Origin: Cycas panzhihuaensis
Taxonomy: Eukaryota; Plantae; Cycadophyta
Length of the DNA stretch: 64,000 nt
Direction of reading: 5' to 3'
NCBI GenBank assembly: GCA_023213395.1
Contig: CM041465.1
Location: 59,775,741-59,839,740 of the forward strand
Both the position numbers and the translations under genes were made by a program. The notes beneath the pieces were generated by a model. It had not been told where the DNA came from, did no database searches, and was given only the letters and a program-made list of their open reading frames with translations. Positions 43,638 through 56,200 of the stretch are shown here, one piece after another; the stretch's first letter is position 1; the number at the start of each line of letters is the position of its first letter.

Positions 43638-46600
43638 TGTTAAATTTTAACATGGAAGCATTCAACATCAAAACACTATCAACAGGGTCAATGAATAAAG
43701 CATAACTTATATTAATTCAACATAAGCAGATTACATCAAAACACTAAAGCACCATAGACTCAACATGAGTCTCCATGATGACTTTCTTACATACTCTACC
43801 TCAACCACCTATTTATACAACATAGGTGGGAGACAATACAAGAGATGTGACACGTGGGACAAATACCTCTGACCTAACCAATAACACTTCACCAACCTAT
43901 TAATCAATGACCTTCTGACTTCCCACATAACATTATTATAATGCATGACCCTTAGACCCTAATACCTAGGACTATAACTCTATTGACTATAGGACACACT
44001 TTACATAGAACATATATACATTAAACATTATATTCTAACACCTCCCCTTAATGTTTAATGTTGAGACAACAAGAAGACTAAGGACAACATGACACCTAGT
44101 GCTAAGCACTGACAAGACTGACACAAACCGGACATAAGACTTGACTTGAAGAGTTGTTTGAATTTCCAATGCTTGAGTTTTGGAACTTTCCTGAAGATGA
44201 TGTTACAAGCCTGATCTTCAATCGAAGTGCTGTAGAACCTATATGTGGAGCACATTCTGTTATCTCATGCTTCTTGTTTGGTGACTCCTCCTGCATATTC
44301 CAACTGCGGGTGTGGTTTCCCTTGATTTTTGTTTCCTAAATCAAATGAGATAACATCTATCAAAGGAAAGGAATCTTTCTTGTTTGTCTTTAAATCTGTC
44401 AAGATGATCAACTCCTCAAGCCAATGAGTACTTCCTTGAAAGGAAAGGAGGAACAATGATTCCTTTCCTAACTGCACCTGTGCAGGACCATATCCAGAGC
44501 CAACAAGATGCTTTGTGCTCTCTAAATCATCCAAGAAATTCTTTGTGCCAAATATGATGAAGATTTCCATTATGACTTCATGCACATATTTCCCAATTAT
44601 GGCTACACAAAGCTAGAACATCACTTTGACATGATTGAATTTCATGGTTAAGTAGCCTACCCAAAACACACAATGATCTTGATGTACAAGATTTTGATCA
44701 ACTGAAATTCCAATTATGTTATTTCTTCCTTTGAATGAATATTCTAAGTTCATTGCAGGGTATGCTAACATAATTTGGATTCTTTCAAAAATAAGAACTG
44801 AAAATGCAATTGAATTGAATGTGATCATAGAGAGTCTCATGCATGTGCAAATAACCATATGTCCTAGCATCATTTAAACCCTGGCAACAAATCTATCACC
44901 ACAAATTAAGGTAATATTGCCCACATTTTCCACTAAGGTACCTGTGTCTCCATGAAGTACCACCCGGTGTTTGAAATCACTTTCGAATTTTTCAACTTTC
45001 ATACTTTCAGCAATTTCCAACGCAATCTTTCCTGTCATTATGCCGAGGTTCAAGGTGATTGATGAGATCAAATCTTCATCATATTTTAAGTGAAAATCAT
45101 CAGACCCCTTTCCAGGGAAAGGTTCATGCAACCCTTCATGAATATCAAATAAGTCTTTATCGGAGTTAAATTGATTTTCCCCTCTTACTTTCATCTTCAG
45201 TTTCTTTTTCTGGTTCTTTGTCTTTCTGATAATCTTTTGTACTTCTTCAGGACCCTTTTCATGCACTTCCCTTAACAAATTCCAAGCCTCTTTAACTGAA
45301 TCAATGTTTTGAAGTGTATGAATAAGGAATTGATAAAAAGGAGGAATGTTTTTCCTATCAAATACTGCAAACATTACATCAATAACAATTCTATTCCTTT
45401 TTCGGAAATTTTCCTCCCCTTCTTCATTAATTGATGTAGGATCATCAATAATTTCTCATAATTTTTTAAACACAAATATGCTTTCCATTTTAATTGCCCA
45501 AAAATGGAAATTTGTTCGTATATACTTAGGTAAAGGGAAAGGAAGATCTATCAATCAATATTCATTTATTTCTAATACAAAAACAATAATGTCTTTCAAC
45601 TCCATGATGTGAGAGAGAGTTGAGCAAGAGAACATTACCCAAAGTTTAAGTGTCCATCCAACATAGTCAGATCAAAGTCACTTACCAAGGTTTACTTTCT
45701 TTCTTTCCTGCAACTCAAGTATCTCTACCAAATAACTTGTCCTTCTTGCCCTACTGTCAATCAATGAATCTCAATATTGACACTGATAACTTTAATTCAA
45801 AGCTTTCCCTTACTTGCCCATTACATGCAGAAATATAATCACCTTGTATCACCATTGAGACATTACTTCATCACCAACAAAAGAATCATATTCACTTTGA
45901 AGAAATACTCATAAAAATCACTTAATGGACCAACACCAAAGGTAGTAATCCTTAAACAAAATGAGAAGTTATAAAGGGCTAGATATATCAAATATCAATA
46001 TCCAAACATACCAACCGCGCCTTAATATCTTAATTATGATTAAAGGGGGTGAAATTCTCCTTGTTGGTTCTGTTGCGGACCCAACCAACTCATTCACCCT
46101 AATTAAATTTGATTCCAACCTTTAGAAAAATATCGAGGCATTCCAATTCAAAACCCTACCAATTATGAGGCAACAGTTGAAACTCTCGATCGACGAATGG
46201 TGAGGCAACGTCAGCAATTCTTCGATGGTACCTGCACGCACCAAATACAGATCTCGTGGTCTCTTCGACTCAGGACAGGCGGAGGGCGCAGAACTGTTAC
46301 AGGTGTCACAGTCAATGGAAGAGCAAGCTCGAGATTATAAGAAGTGGCTACCAGCCGAATTTGCACACACAGAACTGCACAATAATTTACAAGCCTATCC
46401 CATTCAGGTATGTCAACTCCTCCTCTGGTTCTATGTTCTCTATCCAAGGATTCCAATGTTAAATGGCTTTGGGGTGCTCTCCCAATAAAGAGACAGAGAT
46501 TGTTGAGAACCCTTTACCTTGTAAACTAGTGGCAGGAAGACAAGTCTCCTTCCAAGACTCCAAAACAGAAATGGCAATTTTTTGGTGCACTACGCATGAT

Positions 46601-47942
46601 TCATCCATGTCTAACATCAATGATTCAAAGACTCTATCGCAAGACTTTCACAAAGGTGGCACAGATTCGTCTTGCAACTCTAACAAGGGAAAGGGGCAAT
46701 GGATCCAAAAGCTACAAAAGGTTGATTGGTTGGATGCAATTCTTGAATTCTCAAAGAGACAAAAACCTTGGACAATACTACGGGCTGGACAACTATTATT
46801 CAGATTATGTTTCTTTGGTTCTTTGCTTTCTGGTTTGTCAGATCCTGGATAAGTCCTTTTGTGGCTCGTGTTATTGGTTTCAGCAAAGATTCTCTGACAT
46901 ACAAGGGCCAAGCTTTGTACAACCTTGTGACAGATAGTGCAAAAGAATAGAAGAATTGTGATAGACGAAGCTCCGGGAGGACATCAATTCAGTAGGCAAT
47001 TTCTCATCTCAGGCACTGGCTCTCTTACTTCACAACTCTAGACAAATCTCAAGCGGTTTCAGCTTATGTATATTGTTCTTCATCTCATTCACAAAAGGAT
47101 CAGGGTGCATATCTTACCATGGACAACCTCCTTTTCCATGCATAACTTATGGCAAAATTTCTGAGAAACAATATTGAATGAATTTGGTAACTACCTCCCA
47201 ATTTAACCAATTAACTCATCAACAAACCCTAACAGGTTTCAGATCTTTACAGAATTCCACAACATTACTTTCTTCATATCACCCGTAATTTCAGTCATCT
47301 ATCACAAACTTCATCATCTTTTCCTTATAACTAGCTAAGGGAACAATATTACCCAATTCATATTTCTGTCATCCCAATACTTTGGCACACCTTGTATTAA
47401 TGATGACCTGAAACTTCACCTTCTCAATTCAAATCTTCAATCTGGCAGCCATCCTAATAGAGTCATCTTCCTCCCTTATCATAGAGGTAGCAAACCTGCA
47501 CAACTATAGCCTTAACAAAAAAACCTGCTCTGATACCATGTTAAATTTTAACATAGAAAGTATTCAACATCAAAACACTATCAACAAGATCAATGAATAA
47601 AGCATAACTTGTATTAACTCAACATAAATAGATTACATCAAAACACTAAAGCACCATAGACTCAACATGAGTCTCCATGATGACTTGATTACATACTCTA
47701 CCTCAACCACCTATTTATACAACATAGGTGGGAGAACATACAAGAGATGTGACACGTGGGACAAATACCTCTAACCTAACCAATGATACTTCACCAACAT
47801 ATTAACCAATGACCTTATAACTTCCCACATAACATTATTATAATGCCTGACCCTTAGACCCTAATACTTAGAACTATAACTCTATTGACTCAAAGACACA
47901 CTTTACATAGAACATATATACATTAAACATTATATTCTAACA
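43638..47942 (-). mobile_element. Gag-only cargo-carrying LTR element G: LTRs 43638-44040 and 47539-47942
   Basis: Paired ~403-bp TG...CA LTRs; perfect iMet PBS gctctgatacca (47527-47538); PPT aaggggagg; perfect TSD tcctc/tcctc. Confidence 0.97.
44055..45605 (-). pseudogene. Gag N-terminus plus mosaic extension of element G
   Basis: MELKDIIVFVLEINEY*LIDLPFPLPKYIRTNFHFWAIKMESIF, one frameshift, then ...DSVKEAWNLLREVHEKGPEEVQKII; ORFs ending at 44874, 44613, 44265 and 44055 are all in one frame. Confidence 0.8.
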
Positions 47943-50900
47943 TCCTCTTGTTGGATCAATGGTGAAAGCCAAGTAATTGAGTTGTATATCATACTCTCTA
48001 GAGTAAGAGCCAGACAAAACAATTAATGTAATGATTTAGAAAGTGTATTCATTGTTGATTAATGAAATAATAAGTTATGAGAAAGATCTTGTGCAGTCTT
48101 TGTGAATGATGATTGTGTTATGTTTTATGTTTGAGAATGATGCATATGTGATAAATGTTGCATATATCATAAATTGATTTAATGTGCAGCTGACATCAAG
48201 GAATAAGGGGACACAAAATGACTACATTACCAGGCAGTGTCAGGATGTCAATGTGCTAACCGGTTATCAACATTGGTTCCGTTGCTAAATCCCTTGAGTA
48301 GAGAAAGAATTCAAGGCTCGGAAGCAAGAGTGAGTGCATTTTAAAGGATTAGAAGACCTTGGTTGTCATCGAGATGGCAATTTCTACCTAAACCGCGACA
48401 GCCAAGACGCCTTTTGGTGCCACCTATAAAGCCTTTGGGTAGTGGAGTATCGGAGTCAAGCTATTTGAGAGTAATATGTCGGGCAAAAGAAAACAAATTA
48501 AGAAAGGTGCATAAAAGGAGCACAACACCAAAAGGAGGAACTAAGGAGAAGTCCGTTAAAGTATGAAAGAAAGGGGTTAATAACATCCCAAACAACAATA
48601 AGTAAAGGAGAAGATATTGTAACAAAAACAACACTCAACATATCTAACCCAGAGGATATTATGACAATAAGTGGAGATTTTAAACTAGAGAAAAGCCAAA
48701 AGGAGCATAACAGCAACAAGGAAAAGGCAGAAGAAGGTGTTGAGGCAGTTGGGGAGAATTATTTCATAAGAAAGTTGTTCAATACACCACCAAAACTAGG
48801 AGACATAAGGACACAATTAGCAATGCAGATACCAAGGGGGAAGAGGAAACAATCCAAGTGAAAGCTCCAAAGAATAACCCATTGTCTAAGGAGGAAGCAG
48901 AGACAACACGGAAGGAAGGGTTGTCACCAAAAGTTAACATAGTAGGAGGAGGAATGCTGAGACCAAAGACACCTCCCAAGATGGCATCTTCAAGTTGTCC
49001 CAATGAAAGTGCATTTAATCAACTTATATTTGATGGAACCATAGATGTTGTTGAACACTTGTATCTATTTAAGAATATGATTGACATCAAGGAATCATAG
49101 ATGAGAAAGATATCAAAGGAAGATTTGTGTGCACATTAAAAGAAGTACCATTGTTATGGTACAAGGAGTTGTATGCACAAACCAAAACCTAAGAGCGAAT
49201 TTCCAATGAATTCCAAGAGAGGTTTCAAAAGTTACATACCAATGAGGCCATTGTACAAACATTGGAAAATCTCAAACAACAACCAAAGAATCAGTGTTGG
49301 ATTACTCAAGTTGTATGTTCATCATTGTAGCAAATATTACAAGTGGAGAGCACCTTCCAAACATTTTGTTGAAAAACTATTTCATGAATGGATTATGGTG
49401 CAAGTTAAGGAGTGCATTAAAACGACATCCAAACAAATCATTAGCAAAAGCTAAAGAATTAGCCACAACATTTGAGAAGGAGTTGGACTTAGAAGAATTG
49501 GGAACACAAAATAATGTGTTAAAGATGTTGCATAAAAAAAACCAAGGAACTGCATGTGGAGAAACCATAAGGCAATGATGAGAGAGCAATCATTAGAAGT
49601 AGAGAAACAAAGGGAGGAAATTTCACGATTGAAGCTACTAGCCAACTAGAAGAAACCTATGAGGATAAGCCTAAAGTAGTAGAAGAATTGGCACAAGTCT
49701 TGAACCAAAGTGGTGCCATATTTGTGAACAAGAGACGCATAGAACAAAAGAATGCCATTTATAGCCAAAAAATAAGATAACTAAATAATCAAAATGTTGC
49801 CACATTTGTGACATAGCTATGCATATGACAAATGAATGTTTTTATAATAAAAAACAAATAAAAAAAGAGCTAAAATGATGTCACATATGGAACACAAATA
49901 CACACACAACAAAAAACTACGATCATAACTCCAAAGGGAGAAATGATCAAAGAAGAGGTTGAGATAAAGGAAAGGGCTACCAACGCATGTATAACACAAA
50001 AACAACTATAGAAAGGACAAAAAGCTTAAAGATAGCCCCAATGAGTAGGTGTATGTTTTTTTGGGGGGTTTAGGCATTAGTGCTCAGATTGCTCTTATGA
50101 AAAAGCTAGAGACAATAGCACCCATGAATGTGAAATTTGTGGACTATGTAATCACTCTTTAGTAAATTGCTTGCTAAACGTGAGAAAAAGCAACCTTATG
50201 TCAATTGTGCCTCTCACACTCAAAGTCGAAGGATGAGCCAAATTGTTCAAAACCTAAGATGGAAATTGACCGCTTTGTCCCGAGTAAAAAAGGCATTGGA
50301 GGAAACAGCCAAGGAAGTAGAAAAGAATTGCCCCACCTTACCCAAGCCAAAGGTGAAGCAAGTGTATAAAAGAAGAGCATCTCCAAACTAGAGTGAGGTC
50401 ATTGGAGTAAGGAAACCACAAGCAATTGAGACCACACATATCGATGTGGCTAATTTATTCAACAACATTCCCTTGGAAGAAATTTTATAGGTGTTGAGAC
50501 CATTGGAGAATCTATTAGAATAACTAAAGCTAACCATTCCATTGTCATGAGTGATCAAGTGGCTAAAACTCAGAGTATTTGAAGGAGCAAATAAGGTTGT
50601 AGAAGAAATAATGGTAATGAATAACTCCATGAACAAGAGCCCAACCAAGAGTTATGAAAAACTAGAGCGAAGCTTGAACTCTAAAGGTAGTGACAGAAAT
50701 TCCTGCGTACAATTGGTTGCAAAAAACATATGCAATAAATGCACCAAGCACTAATTGTTAAAATATGAAAACTATTCCCAATATGAATCATAATATGGAA
50801 TTTGGAAAACACAAATGATTATTGACAGTGATGAATATTTAAGCATAAGTAGTACTCAGGACTTTTATACTAGTATAGATGAAGCAAAATACAAGGATGA

Positions 50901-51410
50901 ATATTCTAATGCTAACAACAACTTCAAGGAAACTTGCTCTGACAATGGGAAAAACCATAAAGGAAATCAAATGCATGATGCTCACAATTCTACAAGTCAT
51001 AGTGGCAAAGGGAAAGATCAATCAAGGAACAAAAATAAGAAATTAACAAAGCAAACCATAGCGTGGAAAAGGTAGAAAACGGCATGGCACGACTGCCATG
51101 TCTAGGCATTGTATTTCAAAATAGGTAATCAAGTATGACAATTTGACAATAAATCCCAAACATACCAAGTAAAATCAAAGATATGCTAGAAAGGATTGTA
51201 CATAATTAAAGAGGTCCACAAAAATGGCATTGTCCAATTGAGGGAAACGACATGCCAACTATTGCCTGAAATGGTCAAGGGCAACAAACTCAAACGTTGC
51301 CCTAATCAGGGTAGGGCAAATTCACTAGAGGAATCAACCGATTGTACCATAAATGTGTTGCTTGAAATTGAGGACTGATAATGTTCATGTTTTATGCTAG
51401 TTAAAGTTAG

Positions 51411-51440
51411 TGTTAGAATCTCCTTAACTAAGTTCACTTA

Positions 51441-51475
<35 letters not shown>

Positions 51476-53255
51476 AGTTGTGCATCTTATTGTACTCCAA
51501 AAAGGTGGTGACATGTGACTCTCTCCTCTTGGGCCACTTTTGTATTCTTGATGTATAAGTATGTAAAAAGATTCATTCATGTAACGTAATGTTGATCCAA
51601 GTTATTATCTGTTGTCTCTCTTATTTTTAACATAGTATCAAAGCAAGCCTAAAGGGACCAAGATTAGAGGTTTCTAGGTACTGTTTTAGTGTGCAACTAA
51701 AGGGACCACCCAGTGGAGGCTTCAGGGAGTTGGTTTGAACTATACAATCAAATACAGAAGGTCGTGCAGACTGGTATGGAGGCATACAGGTGCCTAAAAT
51801 TCAAAGTGCTCATAACAAAGAAAAATTTTCACAAATTGTGCATCTCATCAAGGAGATCATTTTCTTCTAAAGGCTTGACTGCAAATTCTATCTGCATCAA
51901 CAAGAAATTGAGAAAATTTGAAAACGTGGGTTTGGAGGCTTATCTGCTCTTTTCATTTTGTCTGATCATTTTCTCTTAATAAATCAACATGCATTCTCTT
52001 GTTCTCTATTAGAGCTTCCTTTCAAGTATAGAGTTGATGGATTTAGTCTCAAATTTAGAAAAGTATCAATGTATTTCATTTTCAAACCCTAGTCACCCAC
52101 TGGCATTTCGAAGTTGCTTTTTCTCTGCTCAGATCTAAGAGTGAAAAACTAAACACAGAGCTAGATAGGCAACTAAAAAATCTACATTTTGAGATCCCCT
52201 TCCCCCTAGTCTGCATTAATTTTTTATGTACAATCATATGGTCATAAGGATCCGTACGGTACATGTTGTCAGTACCTCGTTCTTATAGATCACATTCACC
52301 AAATGGCCTCCATCTATTCTCTCTCAAACTCTAATAAATTAATTAGAGCAAATTATATAGGATGGAAAATCGAAATGGAGGACATAGAAGAGGATGAAAA
52401 AGATACAAACTTGTTTACTACACTAGCCTCCAACACTCGATCCAATGAAGGTTGGTTTATAGATTCTGGAGCTTCTCACCATGTGAGTGGTAGGAGAGAC
52501 TGGTTTGAAACACTTCGTCCCGATCTTCTCAATGATTCAATGGAACTCAAAGATAACTCTACCCTCAACGTTGAGGGAGAAGGCACCATTGCAATAAATA
52601 TAAAAGGTGAAATCAAAAAAATTGGTCTTATTCCATTGGTACCAATTTTGAAAAATAACCTTCCTTTTGTATCTCAATTGACTAAAAAGAAACTAAGTGT
52701 AATATTTGATGATAACAATGTTACATTTGTGATAAACAACAGAACAATCTTGTAATTGCAAAAGGTGTGGAGTACAACAAATTATAAACTATATTCTCCC
52801 CTCCTCTAAATTAGTCTCTTTCTATAAGCAACATTTAGCCTCGTATTGTTGAAAATATTGATTAAATCTGGCATTCATGGTATGTATACATTGCAAATGA
52901 TAGACTAGAAAAGTTGAATAAATTGAGTATGGTAATTAGACTTGCAGACATCTCTTTCGAATCAAAAATTTATGAAGGGTGCATGTTGGGGAAACAACAT
53001 AGAGCAAAGTTCTGCTAGTCCACTTGGAAAGCTCATGATGCATTGGAATTGGTACATAGTCACTTATGCAAACCCATATCTCCAAATTTTGTTAAAGGTG
53101 TTAGGTACTTGCACAGTTTTATAGATGATTTTAGTAGGAAAACTTGGGTGTATTTTATTTAGAAAAAAATTGAAGCCTTTGTTATCTTCAAAGAATTTAG
53201 AGCTTGCATTGAGGGAGAAAGTGGAAAAAGACTTAAAGTTCTCAGAACAAATGTG
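51411..53255 (+). mobile_element. Ty1/copia element I (5' part): LTR 51411-51632 with a (CT)n tract, PBS 51633-51644, gag-deleted PR-INT, interrupted by J
   Basis: tgttag...ttaaca followed by tagtatcaaagc; WFIDSGASHH protease; FIDDFSRKTWVYF...KVLRT integrase. Confidence 0.9.
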
Positions 53256-53260
53256 AAAGG

Positions 53261-56200
53261 TGTTAATGCCTAAGGTCATTTGAATTAGAATTAGATTAAT
53301 AAGAGTCATTTCATAACTTAGAAAAAGTGAATCTAATCTAATGCTATAATGCTCACTTAAGTGAAATGCACTTTATATGCATCTATGTAATTTCACTCAA
53401 GTTTCATGTGAATTTGTTTTGGTAAGAAAACCCTAATCAAGTTCTTTTATCAATAAAAGGTGAAATCCAAAGGAATGAGTTAGTGATCTCATCTCCTCTT
53501 TTGAGCCCTCAAATTTGCCTCCTGTATCTTGAGTGCATTCTTGCTCTTGTCTCCATTCATGTTTGCCATTGTGAAGTGTTAAGAGTGGACAACCCAGATC
53601 CATTGCTCCAATAAGTGGTATCAGAGCTTTGTTGTGTTGCCTCGCCACACTCACTTGCAAGAAGACCAAGAAGCAATTTCCTCTCCTTCACCTCTTTATG
53701 TGAAGTGAGAGTTGAGTATTATTTTTTTTTTGCAAATATTTACATGCAAAAGAGCTCTTGTTTTTTATAGAATCTACAAATATTTCTTGTATTTCCCTCA
53801 TATCCAAGTGCAACATTGCAAGTACAGCAAAAAGAAAACCTTGTGCATGCTTTCAGTTGTACATGGAAGCTGATTTAAGGCTAAAATCAGCCAATTTTCA
53901 ATATTTTTTGTAGATCTAAAGAGTATTTGGCACAAAAAGTCAAAAAAAAATCAAAGCGTTCAAATTGCTGCCAAATTTTACAAGTGAAGTAGACTCTGCA
54001 CAGTGATCATTTTTCACTACTAGAGCGACACGGGATTTCGAAGTTAAAGGGGTCAAACAGCCTGTTTTAGGCAGCCATTCTTAAATCTCTTAGGACTATT
54101 TTTCTTGTTGTAATACATGTTTTCGCATCTCCTTGCCCCGATCTATCATTTGGGACAAGTCTCACGCGAATCTGGTGCTCCGTTATAAGTGTTTTTGGGT
54201 TTCCCAATACATTTTGGCCGTGAGCTAAAACATGTCTTTTTGCCTGTTTTTGATAAAATTTTTCAAAAATTTTTATATATTTGTGAAGTCCAAGTGAAGG
54301 GCAACAAACTGAAAATTTTTTATTTTTTAAAATTTTTTAAAATTTGTGCCATACAGCGATACAACAGACGGTACAATCTGCCCAACAACAAACTTGACTT
54401 ACTAAAAATTTGACTTTTCAGCGTACATTGTATTTCTAAAATTTTTATTTTTTACCCTTCATTTCAAGAAAAGAAAAGAAAAAAGAAAAAAAGGGGTTTT
54501 TAATCATTTTTAGGCATTTTTTAAAGGCATTTTTAAAGCAAAAAATGCACAAATATTTTTATACTACCACATCATCTGGATCGGAGCAATATCCAATGAT
54601 GTGGCATTATTCATGTGCATTATTTTTGACACACATGCAAGCTTTTTAAACACATCATCAAGTGCCACATAAGCACTAAGGAGGACACTTCATCATCAAA
54701 AAAGAAGACGCAAGCAAGCACAAAAGTGAAGCATTTATTTTCAGTTGTTATTTTCATACAAGCAAGCGATAACATTGAGCATTATTCCCTAAAATGAACA
54801 CATCTATGCTCGTTTTTTACTGCCACTTAGTGCATGTTTACACACTTGCCTAGGTTGAAAGACCTAGGTTGGCCAAATTCCGGGTCCTAAGGGAGGTGTG
54901 GATTTTTAAATGGGACTAGTCATTAACCGGAATATTGGTGGAGGGACAGGTTAGCCATACCTACGGCCTCCAATCAGAGATTATCTTAATAACCAACCGA
55001 AACAACTGAAACCTTAATCAAGATTAAAATTGGATTGATCCAATATCCGTCATAGCTGTGGGATATGCACGTACCACTCTTCGAAGTAGGTATATCGTTG
55101 CTCATGGTGAACAGGGTGAGGATTGACAATACCTAGGCTCCACGTTGTTTCGGCAGCGGTGCGGGTATCGTAGGTGAAGGCCATTAATCGTTATTACTAG
55201 CAACCCCCCTTAGGCGTCGTAGAGCACCTCACTGACCATGGACTCAAGTTGATGTTAGTGGATTGCACACATCCTACACATATAGTTTACAGTTGTGATT
55301 TGCACCCCTCTTTGCCTGGCAGCTACATAGGCCATATCTTGATTATTTATTTGTACACATCATCATTTTTGTGTATCATATGTGCTTCACACTCACTTTA
55401 TATCCCTATTGCGACAAGTGTACTAGCCACAAGTGTTGGTGGCAAATTTCATTTGCTTGCATATCATATAGACTTCCTTTCTTCATTTCTCATATCCCTG
55501 TTGCGATAAGAGACATTGCCACAAGTGTCTGTGGCTTATTCATTCTCATAGAGCTTGCATCACATTCTCTTTCTTCTCTTCTTCATACACATCACCACTA
55601 TGTAGTCCAACTTCAAACAAAATGTGAATTGCATGCTAAAGGGCAAGGACAACTAGGGCATTTGGTATACAGGCATCAAAAATACATCAAAGTACCAGGG
55701 ACTCTAGATGGATCAAATGGAGCTCACACCTATCGTACCTATTACTGCCACTATAGCACAAACAGGAGGTACTCCACCAATTGCTCCAACAGACCCAGCA
55801 ACTAGACGACAATGGATTCTTGAAGACCAAAAGCTACAAGTACGCATACTATTAGTCACAAACTACTATTTGCATAACCTGATCTACAGCACACAACATG
55901 ACACTGCATATAAAGTTCTCAAAGTTCTAAAGAGAAACTTTGATACTCGATCAGACTTGGAATTTGTTCACATGGTCTTAAAAATAAATAAGATGAAGAT
56001 GCAGAAAGGGAAGGCACATGAGACGGTCGATGCTCTTCGCCCAATCAAACAAGCTATCAACACAGACTTCAAAACACAATACATCACATGGCCGTTCCTG
56101 ATCCAGTCATCACTCCATATACTTGACAACAAAAACTTGTTGGGGAATCTTCAGTGATCTGCCACACTGAAGACATTAGACTTTAAGGCTTTTGCAAAAT

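Larger units (their letters stand above)
43321..48070 (+). repeat. Tandem duplication of a ~225-bp TATA-containing LTR segment (43321-43523; second copy 43545-43637 plus 47948-48070)
   Basis: ggttttgcatt...ggtataaataggccact...ggtgaaagccaagtaattgagttgtatatcatactctctag...tgaaataa occurs twice. Confidence 0.9.
42493..51410 (+). mobile_element. Internally deleted Athila/Tat-type gypsy element H: 5' LTR ~42493-48272 (interrupted by G), PBS 48274-48285, gag ~48980-50250, integrase tail ~51110-51300
   Basis: Retrotrans_gag-like LLKNYFMNGLW...SLAKAKELATTFE; CCHC knuckles; KGLYIIKEVHKNGIVQL...VKGNKLK resembles the GPY/F tail; no PR/RT/RH/INT core. The LTR start is tentative. Confidence 0.75.

Noticed and set aside
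54849-55240. Group I or group II intron call for the structured leader
   Set aside because: No convincing group II domain V or boundary motifs and no group I P7/R-S consensus; left as an unclassified structure.
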